In this document: positions 1 to 10,556 of the stretch, piece after piece | Layout: every line of letters starts with the position of its first letter | Position numbering within the stretch: position 1 is the first letter of the stretch | IMG/VR virus record: IMGVR_UViG_3300032030_000007 | Coordinates: 128,001-192,000 of that record | Length of the DNA: 64,000 bases | Strand: one strand, 5' to 3' | DNA from: a virus | Taxonomy: Duplodnaviria; Caudoviricetes | The notes under the pieces: generated by a model | Databases searched by the model: none | Seen by the model: the letters and a program-made list of their open reading frames with translations, nothing else | What the model was told of the DNA's origin: nothing | Position numbers and translations under genes: made by a program

Positions 1-1
1 T

Positions 2-799
2 TATGTATATGAAAATGCTGAAACTAAGGATAAGTATTTCAAGGCTATGGGTAACATCTTCAAGATTGGTGAAAGTAAAGTAGAAATGGTTAAAGAATGT
101 GAAGATGAAAAATTCAATCACATTAACTCTTTACTTGAAAGCTTTGGAAGAAATGGTGATAATATTTACTATGAATATAAAGGTGGTCGTGGAATTTATC
201 ATTTTGAAATTTCTGAATCAAATCTTGAATTCACAGCTCCTAATATTACAGAAAAATTTGAAGATCATATAAAGTTCCGTGAATATTGCAATAACTTATC
301 AAAGGTTATGCCTGTAGCTGAAAAACTTCATTTTATGAAAGTATCTACAGCCATAGCTGATGTATTTGAAAATTGTGAAAATATAATGATGATTGATACT
401 TGCAAGATTCTTAACACAAATAATGGAACTACTTGTGCAATAATTGAAGGTAAAGATCAAGTTAATTTGACAGTATTTAATTCAGTTCACTCTGGATCAT
501 TCACAAAGAATTATGATTATGTAGTTGAAGCATTAAATGAAGTAATTAAGTTGTCAGGAATTGATTTAAGATCAATGTTTGAAAATAGAATCAATGAAGA
601 TTGTAAGAAAGCTAAACCAGAAGAAGATGCAATTAGAGAACAACTTGAAGCTAATAAGGAAGCACAATATGCAATTCGTAAGAAGAAGATAGCAATGCTT
701 GCAGAACAATATCGTAATGATCCTGTAAGAATCGCTCTTTTGAATAAAGTTGCTCAAGATCTTGCAATACTTGAAAAGAAAGAAGAAAAGAAAGATTAA
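2..799 (+). CDS. C-terminal part of a phage protein entering from outside the window (unknown function)
   Basis: Frame is open from position 2 (YVYENAETKDKYFKAM...). Ends in a charged coiled-coil tail, TAA at 797-799, followed by a terminator hairpin. Confidence 0.75.
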   Translation, partial: YVYENAETKDKYFKAMGNIFKIGESKVEMVKECEDEKFNHINSLLESFGRNGDNIYYEYKGGRGIYHFEISESNLEFTAPNITEKFEDHIKFREYCNNLSKVMPVAEKLHFMKVSTAIADVFENCENIMMIDTCKILNTNNGTTCAIIEGKDQVNLTVFNSVHSGSFTKNYDYVVEALNEVIKLSGIDLRSMFENRINEDCKKAKPEEDAIREQLEANKEAQYAIRKKKIAMLAEQYRNDPVRIALLNKVAQDLAILEKKEEKKD

Positions 800-822
800 T
801 AATTGATATAATTTGAAATAAT

Positions 823-851
823 AAAGGAGAACTTAATCGTTCTCCTTTTTG
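823..851. terminator. Intrinsic terminator between convergent genes
   Basis: AAAGGAGAAC-ttaatc-GTTCTCCTTT followed by a T run. Confidence 0.75.
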
Positions 852-1510
852 TTTTCTTCTAAATTATCAAGATATATTTGTCTAGCATATTTAGCCATGA
901 AATAAGCATCAGCGATATCGTCTACTTTAGGTAATGATTTTGATAATTCTGGTTGAATCATCTTAAACATTTCAATAATCATTTCCTTTTTACAGTTTCC
1001 AATTCCTGTCGCGAATTTTTTTATATGAGTTGGGGGAGATATAAAGAATCTTATTTCTTCATTCTTTATAAATTCTCTTCTTATCATATAATTAAGACCT
1101 GCCAAATCAAACACAGATTTCGTTCTTATTGATGATCCATAACTAATTCCTTCTTGTACTATATATAATGTATAAGATGTTCTTCCTTGAATATTATCGT
1201 ATATGCATTCTTTAATAGTGTCAACAATATTTATCATATTAATAGTCTTCCAATATTCAGAAAATAAATTATTGTAAATATGGGAATTTCCAATATTCAC
1301 ATTATTGTCTTTATATATATCTAAATCTGTTTTTTTATATAAGATATAATCAAAATTAATTAAAGTATCTTGTATAGACTGTTCTTTTTTAGTCAACTTA
1401 TTTGGCTTAATAATATAATACATATCTTTAACTAATTTATCTTCTTCATAAAATAACATGCATATACCTGTACTATTCAAAGATGGATCAATTCCTACAA
1501 AAATTTCCAC
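833..1510 (-). CDS. RuvC-like Holliday junction resolvase
   Basis: N-terminal FVGIDPSLNSTG, central VQEG, PPTHIKKFATG.GN..KE and C-terminal DDIADAY motifs. GTG start. Confidence 0.85.
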   Translation of the reverse strand: MEIFVGIDPSLNSTGICMLFYEEDKLVKDMYYIIKPNKLTKKEQSIQDTLINFDYILYKKTDLDIYKDNNVNIGNSHIYNNLFSEYWKTINMINIVDTIKECIYDNIQGRTSYTLYIVQEGISYGSSIRTKSVFDLAGLNYMIRREFIKNEEIRFFISPPTHIKKFATGIGNCKKEMIIEMFKMIQPELSKSLPKVDDIADAYFMAKYARQIYLDNLEENKKEND

Positions 1511-1656
1511 GTTAATATATTAATATTTTTATAAATAATAATTGTTTGTGGATAATATATTAATATAGATATTAATTAAAAAATATTAACATTTATTATA
1601 TAATTATTTTTAAATATAATACATTAAATCAATTATAAATTTATTAAGAAATATAT

Positions 1657-4600
1657 ATGAGACATTTAAAAGAATTTAACTCTTTAAGTGAATTACAAAC
1701 TTTTTATGAAGGTGATTCAATTGCACAACCTAATGTTTTTTCTATTAACGGAGAAAACTTTGAATATAATGACAATGAATTAGTTTGTATATATGAAAAG
1801 GATGATACAGATAATTCAACATTATGGACATCTTTTAATGATCTTACAAATTTATTAGAATATGTCATTATAGATGGTGAAAAATGGAATGATGTTACAA
1901 GTCCTGCACCTGCGTCTGTTTTAACAGAAGGTAAACATATTGTTAAGTTTAAATTTAAAAATTATAATACTTCAGCACCATTCTTATATAATAAACATAT
2001 AAGACATGCTCATTTACCAAGTGATATGACTGTACTATCAGATAATTTCTTTTTAAATTGTTCAAATTTACAATCTGTTTCTTTACCTGAATCATTAACA
2101 ACAATTAGTAGTGCAGCTTTATCTAACTGTTCATCATTAAGACGTTTAGAAATTCCAAAATTAGTAACTAGTATAGGTGCTGGAGCTATATCTGGTCTTA
2201 AATTAAAAGAATTAATATTGAATAATTCTAATTGGAATATAAGTAATGATAGTAGTTTTGAAAGTGCAATAGCTAGTACAACAACTACAGAAAAAATAGT
2301 ATTTGCCGAAGGTTTTACATATATTCCACGAATGCAAAATATGGGTATTAAAGAAATAGTGATACCTTCTACAATTGAAGTAATTACTTCAAGTCAACCA
2401 TTTAATGGTAATAATATAACTAAGATTGATTTATCTCATACGCAAATAACTCATATTAATAATGGAACATTTGCAAGTTTTTCAACATTAACTGAAATTA
2501 AATTACCTAAAAAATTAACATTTATTGGTGATGCATTTGATGGATGTACATCATTAGGATATGTAGAAAATGGTATTAGATATTTGAATGATGAAAACTT
2601 AGGATTAGTTCCAATAAATGTAGAAGATTCTTTAACTTCATATTCTATAAAAAATGGAGTTAAACGTATATATGGAAATTTGTTTAACAATGAATCTACA
2701 GTAGAAATTGAATTACCTAATTCATTAGAATATATTGGAGATACTGCATTTAATGGCTGTACTGCATTAGAAAACATAATAATTCCAAATTCTGTTAAAC
2801 ATATTGGAGATAATGCATTTAAAAATTGTACATCAATTAAATCAATTACAATTCCAAATTCTTTAGAATCAATTGGTTCAACTCCATTATATGGAACTGC
2901 TTTAGAATCTTTAGTAATTAATAGTAATTTAGTTACTAATATAATGAATTTAACTGCTGGAGATGCACGTACGACATTAAAGAATATTATAATTGGTACA
3001 GATGCATTAGATTCAACAGGACATATGCAATCTAGTTTATTTAGTGGATTAGGAGCTTTAGAATATGTTACATTCCCAGAAGGTTTAGTTGAAATACCTA
3101 GTTTAGCTGGTTGTTATAGTTTAAAAGAACTTATTGCACCATCAACAGTTTTATCTATTAATAATATGGGGGGATGTTCAGCATTAACTAAAGTTGATTT
3201 ATCTACAACAAGTATGACATCATTTGGTCCTAATGCAGGATTTGGTGGTTGTTCATCATTAGAAGATGTTAGATTACCTAATACACTTACAGAAATTGGT
3301 AATCTTGACAGCACTCATGGTATATTTGCATCAACAGGATTAACATCAATAACATTACCTAATTCAATTACAACTATTGGTAATTATGCATTTACAGGGT
3401 GTGGGAAATTAGAATCTATTAATATTCCTACATCATTAACTTCATTAGGAAAGAATGCTTTTGCTGGAACAAAACTTGGATATGTTGAAGATGGTGTTAC
3501 ATATTTTGATATTAATGAAACAATAGGTAGTATTGCAATTAATTATGATTATTCTAATTTAACATCTTTAACAATTAAAAATACTGTTAAAAGTTTTGAT
3601 AATATATATTTTAATTTTAATTCTTTAACATCATTAACATTATTAGGTAGTTTTACAAGTATTCCTCAAAATCAATTTAAAGAACATGTTAAACTTCAAA
3701 CAATTAATTTACCAAATACAGTAACGACAATTTATGATAAAGCATTTATGAATTGCGTATCATTAGAAAATATAAATATTGATAATAATATTATATCAAT
3801 TGGAAATAATTCATTTAAATCATGTAAATCATTATCAAATACTGCAAGAACAAATATATTAGCAATTAATCAATATTGTGAAATTGATAAATATATTTAT
3901 GGGGAATATATGTATGCAAATTCTGAAGGATATAAAATTGTAACTGATGAAGTTAAAGATCAATATTCTGAATGGACACCTATTGGATTTTGTATTACAT
4001 CAACTGGTTTTTTTGGACCTAATGAAAAAGCTAGATTTATGTCATTAAAATATATGAGTAGAAGTAATCCAGATTCAGGAGTTTCATATGTAGATAGTAC
4101 AAATGGTGTAATGTCTTATGGTAATAAATTTGTTGATATATCAACACTTAATAATTTACAAACACAATCATTAACTGGTGCAAATACATTTTATAGTGGT
4201 GCATCAAACCATTTGCCATCAATATTTGGAGAAAACGGTTATAACTATGAACAATTGGGAGAAGCTGGACAATATGCTTTAACAGATATTGACGGTAAGG
4301 GTAATACAACTAAACTTTTGGCAACTGTTACTGGACAACCTAATTGGCAAACAGATTCTACAATTGTAAATGAATATGCAGAAGGTTATGCATCTGCAGC
4401 ATGTTGTTGTGCTCGTTATCATACATTAGGTACTCAAGCTGGTGATTGGTATCTTGGTGCTTTAGGTGAATATTCAAAAATTATACAGGATGGAAATTCT
4501 ACTGATTTTAGTAATCGTTTAAAAACAATATATAATAAATTTGGTAGTATAACAATGAATGGTGTAACATCATCAAATTATTTATGGACTTCAACAGAAT

Positions 4601-4710
4601 ATAATGATGAAAAGGCATATAGATATAAAACACGATACTCTGATTCTGAACAAATACAAGCATATTCTAAAGGCGGAAATGGATATGTAATAGCATTATT
4701 ACAATACTAA
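1657..4710 (+). CDS. BspA-type (LRR_5) leucine-rich repeat protein with C-terminal C-type-lectin-like (DUF1566/Lcl-like) domain
   Basis: Many IPNSV.xIGxxAFxxCxxL repeats. C-terminal DGKGNT...WYLGALGE...YLWTSTEY...AY...K....VIAL pattern. Confidence 0.85.
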   Translation: MRHLKEFNSLSELQTFYEGDSIAQPNVFSINGENFEYNDNELVCIYEKDDTDNSTLWTSFNDLTNLLEYVIIDGEKWNDVTSPAPASVLTEGKHIVKFKFKNYNTSAPFLYNKHIRHAHLPSDMTVLSDNFFLNCSNLQSVSLPESLTTISSAALSNCSSLRRLEIPKLVTSIGAGAISGLKLKELILNNSNWNISNDSSFESAIASTTTTEKIVFAEGFTYIPRMQNMGIKEIVIPSTIEVITSSQPFNGNNITKIDLSHTQITHINNGTFASFSTLTEIKLPKKLTFIGDAFDGCTSLGYVENGIRYLNDENLGLVPINVEDSLTSYSIKNGVKRIYGNLFNNESTVEIELPNSLEYIGDTAFNGCTALENIIIPNSVKHIGDNAFKNCTSIKSITIPNSLESIGSTPLYGTALESLVINSNLVTNIMNLTAGDARTTLKNIIIGTDALDSTGHMQSSLFSGLGALEYVTFPEGLVEIPSLAGCYSLKELIAPSTVLSINNMGGCSALTKVDLSTTSMTSFGPNAGFGGCSSLEDVRLPNTLTEIGNLDSTHGIFASTGLTSITLPNSITTIGNYAFTGCGKLESINIPTSLTSLGKNAFAGTKLGYVEDGVTYFDINETIGSIAINYDYSNLTSLTIKNTVKSFDNIYFNFNSLTSLTLLGSFTSIPQNQFKEHVKLQTINLPNTVTTIYDKAFMNCVSLENINIDNNIISIGNNSFKSCKSLSNTARTNILAINQYCEIDKYIYGEYMYANSEGYKIVTDEVKDQYSEWTPIGFCITSTGFFGPNEKARFMSLKYMSRSNPDSGVSYVDSTNGVMSYGNKFVDISTLNNLQTQSLTGANTFYSGASNHLPSIFGENGYNYEQLGEAGQYALTDIDGKGNTTKLLATVTGQPNWQTDSTIVNEYAEGYASAACCCARYHTLGTQAGDWYLGALGEYSKIIQDGNSTDFSNRLKTIYNKFGSITMNGVTSSNYLWTSTEYNDEKAYRYKTRYSDSEQIQAYSKGGNGYVIALLQY

Positions 4711-4717
4711 ATCATAT

Positions 4718-4744
4718 AAAGCTTAGAATCATTTCTAAGCTTTT
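4718..4744 (+). terminator. Hairpin/terminator after LRR gene
   Basis: AAAGCTTAGAA-tcat-TTCTAAGCTTT(T). Confidence 0.65.
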
Positions 4745-4793
4745 AGATGCGGTATACTATATTTTTAATTAAATTATATTATTTAATATCAAT

Positions 4794-4832
4794 GAGGATG
4801 CTAGAAGCTTTCTATAGCTATCTAGTATCCTC
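4794..4832. repeat. Inverted repeat in convergent intergenic region
   Basis: GAGGATGCTAGA...TCTAGTATCCTC arms. Confidence 0.6.
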
Positions 4833-4873
4833 TACGACTATTCTTTGTTATTTAAAATATTTTACAGATTTAA

Positions 4874-5260
4874 TTATTTTTCTAAATCAATTAAATTTCC
4901 TTTAATATTTAATCCATGCCATATTATTTCCCATTGTGCTTTTGACCTGGCTCTTGTTTCAGTTTCACAATATACATTCATAAATATTTTTGTTAACATA
5001 TCTTCATATTCAACTGCTTGTTTATGAGTCCAATAGTTTTTATACATCCATCTATTGTCTTCTTTAATCATTTTGATAATCTGTGAATTTCGTTTAGATT
5101 TATAACCTGCATATCTAAACATACCAATGATAATAGAATACAATAAACTTGGAGTATCAAATATATTACTTAAGTCGGATTCTGTAAGTTCTTCATTAAT
5201 TAGATACTCAATTGGATAGATCTTTACTCCTTGAACTGTTGTAAATTTTATTTTACTCAT
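4874..5260 (-). CDS. hypothetical protein
   Basis: 128-aa ORF in a tightly packed minus-strand gene run. Confidence 0.75.
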   Translation of the reverse strand: MSKIKFTTVQGVKIYPIEYLINEELTESDLSNIFDTPSLLYSIIIGMFRYAGYKSKRNSQIIKMIKEDNRWMYKNYWTHKQAVEYEDMLTKIFMNVYCETETRARSKAQWEIIWHGLNIKGNLIDLEK

Positions 5261-5263
5261 ATC

Positions 5264-5743
5264 TTAATATTTATATTTCCAACGAATATGATACTCAATA
5301 CGATTAATATCAGTAGCTAATTCTTTACTATCAATTAATTTTTTTTCAAATTTAAGTTTATTTTCTCCTAACCATTTTTCATAATAATTTCTATCATTAT
5401 GAATTTCTTCACAAACTAAAATTATGTCATACCAGCATTGTCCCTTGAATGCTAAGTTTCTCATATCAGCTTGCATCTTATTCAATGTTTCACTTCTTAA
5501 TAATTGCCATTCTTTATATCTTTTATTATAGCATTCATCATAAAGCTTATCTAATTCTGTACATAATTTATATGATTGATTTTCATCATTATATAAATGA
5601 TCTCTATATTCTATTTTTCCACATTTTTTACATTTCCATATAGATCGTTTACCATTACAATAATTTATTTGATCTCCATAAATATTTGCAACAAACTTCC
5701 AATTATGATCACATTTTTTAAATAATCTTTTAAACCAATTCAT
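5264..5743 (-). CDS. hypothetical protein with N-terminal CxH...CxxC zinc-finger
   Basis: CDHNW...WKCKKCGK motif. Confidence 0.75.
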   Translation of the reverse strand: MNWFKRLFKKCDHNWKFVANIYGDQINYCNGKRSIWKCKKCGKIEYRDHLYNDENQSYKLCTELDKLYDECYNKRYKEWQLLRSETLNKMQADMRNLAFKGQCWYDIILVCEEIHNDRNYYEKWLGENKLKFEKKLIDSKELATDINRIEYHIRWKYKY

Positions 5744-5746
5744 ATT

Positions 5747-5995
5747 TTAACTAATTATTATTTTACCAGTAAATGCACCAATTAATAAATTTATAAATAT
5801 TACCAACCATATCATATTATCAAAAAATCTTTCTATATGTTCGTCCTTTACATATTTTTCAGGATCTTTATTAATATATTCAACAGCCATTTTTGTAGCT
5901 TCTTTATAAAAAACAATAATCAAATGTCCTATACTTAAGAATATGATTCGTGCTGTTAATATAATTAATACAATCTTTATTATTGTTAATGTCAT
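5747..5995 (-). CDS. small membrane protein (2 TM)
   Basis: Two hydrophobic segments. Confidence 0.7.
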   Translation of the reverse strand: MTLTIIKIVLIILTARIIFLSIGHLIIVFYKEATKMAVEYINKDPEKYVKDEHIERFFDNMIWLVIFINLLIGAFTGKIIIS

Positions 5996-5997
5996 AG

Positions 5998-6585
5998 TTA
6001 AATTTTATAAGGTTTAAACCAATCTATTTTATTAAATGATTTTCTAAAATTATTTGAGAACACAGATTCATTAGGATCAATATCTAAATCCTTTTCTAAC
6101 TGTTGCTTTAATTGATTATATTGAGTCATCTGCGCATTATATAACGCTTTTGATTCATCCTGTAGTCTGCATATCATATTTCCTGTATAAGAATCAGGAT
6201 TAATCAAATACCAATCACAATAAAGACTTATACATGAATCAAAATCATTAATTCCTTTAAGAGCCATTACTCTTAAATCAATACATTGTATCTTATTTCC
6301 TTGTTCATCAAATTCATAAAGAATTCCATCTGATGTATAATCTGATTTTTTTATATACCGTAAACCTGCATCATTATACATATGATTTGCTTTAAGGCCT
6401 GCTATTATATGCTGAGAATTTTCATTCAATTGATCATATGTAAATCCAAATGAAAAATATGAATTTACTGTATTCTTATCTAATTCTTTTATGTTAAATG
6501 ATAACTGATTAAATCTTAATACAGTTTTAGTATCATTTACATAAAGTTCATATTGTTTATCTATTTCAGTATTTATTGTATTCAT
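5998..6585 (-). CDS. hypothetical protein
   Basis: 195-aa ORF, operon packing. Confidence 0.75.
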   Translation of the reverse strand: MNTINTEIDKQYELYVNDTKTVLRFNQLSFNIKELDKNTVNSYFSFGFTYDQLNENSQHIIAGLKANHMYNDAGLRYIKKSDYTSDGILYEFDEQGNKIQCIDLRVMALKGINDFDSCISLYCDWYLINPDSYTGNMICRLQDESKALYNAQMTQYNQLKQQLEKDLDIDPNESVFSNNFRKSFNKIDWFKPYKI

Positions 6586-6589
6586 AACT

Positions 6590-7171
6590 TTATATTAGGC
6601 TTAATTTATTGATACCATCATATTCAACAGGATCTGGAGAAATAATCAAATGTCCATCTTTATCATAATAAGCATGTGTTTCGTGCCATTTTTTAGATTC
6701 TTCTGGAGTCATTGCTTTAGTTCCTTCAATATGTGCACCTATTGTAGCATCAGCAACTTTACAAATAATATCAATTTTCTGTTTAGTCAATTCATCTGCT
6801 AATAACTCTTGTATTGATTTTTCATTATCATAATAAAAATGTTGTCTGTCAATATGAAGATCATTATCTAAGGCACCACCAATCAATAGACGTCTAAGAT
6901 TATGGCCATGACGAAGTTCCTTACCATTTACAGTTGACATACCAACATAAAATTTTTTGCATGCTCCTTTATATCCTATTAAAATAGTATATCCAAGATC
7001 TTCTAAATCAAAAGATAAATGTCCTATATCATATGTTATTATATGCGATACATTATTTTTAATTGCTTCTTCAGTATCATAATATGAATAGCATTCTATA
7101 TATCTATCTCTATCATATCCTTTATATAAATTAAAGGAATCTAATACAAATATAATTATTTTCTTATACAT
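6590..7171 (-). CDS. hypothetical protein
   Basis: 193-aa ORF, 1 nt from the helicase stop. Confidence 0.75.
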   Translation of the reverse strand: MYKKIIIFVLDSFNLYKGYDRDRYIECYSYYDTEEAIKNNVSHIITYDIGHLSFDLEDLGYTILIGYKGACKKFYVGMSTVNGKELRHGHNLRRLLIGGALDNDLHIDRQHFYYDNEKSIQELLADELTKQKIDIICKVADATIGAHIEGTKAMTPEESKKWHETHAYYDKDGHLIISPDPVEYDGINKLSLI

Positions 7172-7172
7172 A

Positions 7173-9032
7173 TTAAATAATGTTTAATCGTTTTTTAAAT
7201 TCATTAGGATATTGTTCTTCAGTCTCCAGATAAAGTTTCCACCAACAAGCATCTAATATATATGATACACACCAATCACCATCAAATCTAACACCACGTC
7301 CAATTCCTTGTATGATTTCATTAGATGTTGTTGAATTATACCATAATGGGAATAACTTAATCTTTTCTTTTACTAATTTGTTTGCTAAACTTGGATAAGG
7401 CACTTTCATAATGATTATGAACCTGCATAAATCTCCAGGTAAGTCAATACCTTCATTAAGTGTTGGCCCAACTAATATTGTATTTTCAGAAAATTCATGT
7501 ATTTTAATACAAGTGGTCTTTTCTTTTGAACCATTATAAAGTAACATTCTTTGTTTAATGTCTAATGGTGCTTCTTGATATAACTGTTTAGCAAATGCAT
7601 ATGATCCTGTCTGTATCATTCCTTTTTGATCTGGAAACTTTGTCTTACATATTGAATATATAACATTCTTAAGATGCAAGAATGAATTTTCTTTTTCCCT
7701 AAATGACATCTTAAATTTATTCAAAAAATGAATAGGTGACTTTTCAAAATCAAATGTTGATGGTATTTCTGAATATGTAGATTCTTTTTCTTCAGTATAT
7801 TTGAATCCCATATTCTCATCATATGCACATTTTCCACCAACGGTAGCAGAAAGCATTACTTTATATTCTGCTTGTGACAAAAGATATCTATAAACTATAT
7901 AATCTTCTTTTGTACATTTAAATGATATTGTTATTATCTTATCTGCATTTGATTCTGTTATTTCTTTTAATAGATATTCTTCTCCAGCTTCAGATATAGC
8001 ATGATTAAAGTCTGACCAAAAACATCCCTGATTATGAAACCAAGAACACGTCTTATATAATTGAATATCATTTTTAGTTAATGGAAGATTAGTCTTTCTT
8101 TTATTAGATACATATTGTTCAGCATCAGTAACAACGTCTAAAAACTTTTTCATTATGTTTTCAAACTTATGCATTGCTGCTACATCATCTTTCTTTAATG
8201 TCTTATCATTTATGAATACATTCCAACAACTCATAAGATCACTTGTCATTGCTGATTTAGATGTATAATCATGTAATAATTGAAAGTCAGATGCTGTATT
8301 AAATAAGTCAGGATCATTTCCTTGTGCATAATCCCATAATTCACCAAGCTTATCAAAATCAGATAATTTTATAGTCGGTGAATATTGATTTTGTACTATT
8401 CCAGGTATATTATGGCACTCATCACAAAATAAAATATGACGAGAACTAAATATTGGCTGGCCATGTGAATCTACATTAAATGAAGGATTATTCATTGTGA
8501 ATAAGAATAATTGATATGTCATAAGACATACATTAGATCTTATTGCTTTCTGTCTTACTTTAATATATTCACATTTACGTGCACAATCATATCCGAAACG
8601 TTTTTGTGTATCAGGATTCATCATAGCTGCCCAAGACAAACCGCACATCCTACAATCAGCATTTCGGATATCTTCATTATTAAGTTTACAATTATAATTT
8701 CCTGTTTGCCCTTTAATTGATGCAAATTTCATTTTAGGATGCTTTATGATAAACTTATCATACTGCTCCCATAAGAACAAATCAGAAACTAATATATATG
8801 AAGTCAAATCAAAATATTCATTAAGAACACCAGCAGATATAATATTAATTAATGATTTACCTGAGCCAGTAGGTGCTTCAACAACAATATTCTGTTTTTG
8901 ATTATTAATTATGTTATCTATAATATTAACAATAGCTTCAAGTTGATATACTCTAAACTTGAAATCTTCTCCAATTTTTTCTTTAGTCCACTGTCTAACG
9001 TACTTTTCAATTATTGTTTTATTTACAATCAT
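7173..9032 (-). CDS. DinG/Rad3-family SF2 DNA helicase
   Basis: Walker A EAPTGSGKS, Cys cluster (Fe-S-like), motif II DECH, III LSAT, V EGIDLPG, VI IIQGIGRGVR...D. Confidence 0.9.
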   Translation of the reverse strand: MIVNKTIIEKYVRQWTKEKIGEDFKFRVYQLEAIVNIIDNIINNQKQNIVVEAPTGSGKSLINIISAGVLNEYFDLTSYILVSDLFLWEQYDKFIIKHPKMKFASIKGQTGNYNCKLNNEDIRNADCRMCGLSWAAMMNPDTQKRFGYDCARKCEYIKVRQKAIRSNVCLMTYQLFLFTMNNPSFNVDSHGQPIFSSRHILFCDECHNIPGIVQNQYSPTIKLSDFDKLGELWDYAQGNDPDLFNTASDFQLLHDYTSKSAMTSDLMSCWNVFINDKTLKKDDVAAMHKFENIMKKFLDVVTDAEQYVSNKRKTNLPLTKNDIQLYKTCSWFHNQGCFWSDFNHAISEAGEEYLLKEITESNADKIITISFKCTKEDYIVYRYLLSQAEYKVMLSATVGGKCAYDENMGFKYTEEKESTYSEIPSTFDFEKSPIHFLNKFKMSFREKENSFLHLKNVIYSICKTKFPDQKGMIQTGSYAFAKQLYQEAPLDIKQRMLLYNGSKEKTTCIKIHEFSENTILVGPTLNEGIDLPGDLCRFIIIMKVPYPSLANKLVKEKIKLFPLWYNSTTSNEIIQGIGRGVRFDGDWCVSYILDACWWKLYLETEEQYPNEFKKRLNII

Positions 9033-9323
9033 AATATGTCAAATATATTAATATTAATATAGACAATTATAAGTAAAAATTTAACACCCAATAATTTTTT
9101 CTAATATATCTTCAGATAAGTTTTTATTGAATTTAGGCTTAATACCAATTCCAATGTAAGGATAATCTACAAATTCTTCTTCATCATTAAAATCAATTTC
9201 ACAATGATTATTATTTTCATTCATATGTTATATTCGTATTTTTTGTTGAAGTTATATTATCTTCATATTCTTTTTGAATAACATCTAATAAAGATGTTTC
9301 TGTTGATATTTCTTTAACCATAG

Positions 9324-9884
9324 TTAATATGCATTATAATATAAACAATATGTTTCTCCAGTTTCAATATTAATGAATTCATAGAATGTATCTCCATTAT
9401 AAAGATCTTCAGCATCTTTCAACGTATAATGAGGCACGTGTTTAGCATTTTTTAATTCCTTTTCAAACTGTTTTCTATCTGCTTCATTTTTATATGTCAA
9501 ATAACTATTAAGACAAGTATTTTTAAATTCTTCTATATTATCGAATTTTTCTATTAATTCAACATTACCACCATTCTCATATTCCTCATCTCCAGGTCCA
9601 TATACTTCTTTAAATTTAAATAATGTTCTATATGTTGTATCATGCAAATCTGTCCAATCATATGTATGCCATTCACCTTCACATTCATAAGCGCCTTTTC
9701 CTGCTCCACCACAATAGAATATCTTAGCATCTGGATATTTCTTTTGCCATTCTTTTAATACATTTAAAAATTCAGGACGTTTATCTGCTTCTTTCTTAAA
9801 CTTATTAATCAATTTAATTAATTCATTAAGATCATTTAAATCTAAATCTTTTAATAGATTTTCCCAATATTTCTTTTCAAACAT
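9324..9884 (-). CDS. hypothetical protein
   Basis: 186-aa ORF. Confidence 0.75.
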   Translation of the reverse strand: MFEKKYWENLLKDLDLNDLNELIKLINKFKKEADKRPEFLNVLKEWQKKYPDAKIFYCGGAGKGAYECEGEWHTYDWTDLHDTTYRTLFKFKEVYGPGDEEYENGGNVELIEKFDNIEEFKNTCLNSYLTYKNEADRKQFEKELKNAKHVPHYTLKDAEDLYNGDTFYEFINIETGETYCLYYNAY

Positions 9885-9892
9885 ATCACTAA

Positions 9893-10204
9893 TTATTTTT
9901 TGTTAATAAATTGTTTCTTATCACGTTTCGCTATCTTAATTGCAGAATTCATTTTTGATATAAGATCTTTTTTTATACCATCTTCTAACATAAATAAATC
10001 TATATGATTTAAAATAAAATTAGCAACATCAATTGTTTCATCACATGAATGTTCATCAATTAAACTATCTGCACTTATTAAAGAAACTACAAACATACTT
10101 CTTGCAGTTTCATTTTCAAGTATAGAATTATAGTTTAATATACGATTACAAAATTTAATAAGATTTTGATTCTGTTCAATCTTCTTTATTATATTCTCGT
10201 TCAT
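9893..10204 (-). CDS. hypothetical protein
   Basis: 103-aa ORF overlapping its upstream neighbour. Confidence 0.7.
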   Translation of the reverse strand: MNENIIKKIEQNQNLIKFCNRILNYNSILENETARSMFVVSLISADSLIDEHSCDETIDVANFILNHIDLFMLEDGIKKDLISKMNSAIKIAKRDKKQFINKK

Positions 10205-10556
10205 AATTATTTAATTTTTCTTCTAATGAATGTTTCGTTGTTTCTAAATTTGCAATTGTAGTTTTATAATGCAATATAGATTTTTCAATATTTTTAATTT
10301 CTGTTTTTATTTCTTCAATACATGCATTTTGTGCTTCTTCATAATTATCATATACATATTGGTTTACAAATGCTTCATGTTCATTACCTAATAGATTACT
10401 TATAAATAATGTATCATCAAGAATTTTAAATTTAATTCTCGACATTCTAAAATTCATATTATGCGCATCACCAAGATGTCTGCATTTACAAACTCTATCT
10501 AATAATATATGATAAAATATATCACCTTCTTTCAAATCATTTAACCAAACCTTCAT
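10176..10556 (-). CDS. hypothetical protein, LKxGD SH3/KOW-like + coiled-coil family
   Basis: NDLKEGDIFY N-terminus, C-terminal heptads. Confidence 0.7.
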   Translation of the reverse strand: MKVWLNDLKEGDIFYHILLDRVCKCRHLGDAHNMNFRMSRIKFKILDDTLFISNLLGNEHEAFVNQYVYDNYEEAQNACIEEIKTEIKNIEKSILHYKTTIANLETTKHSLEEKLNNYEREYNKED

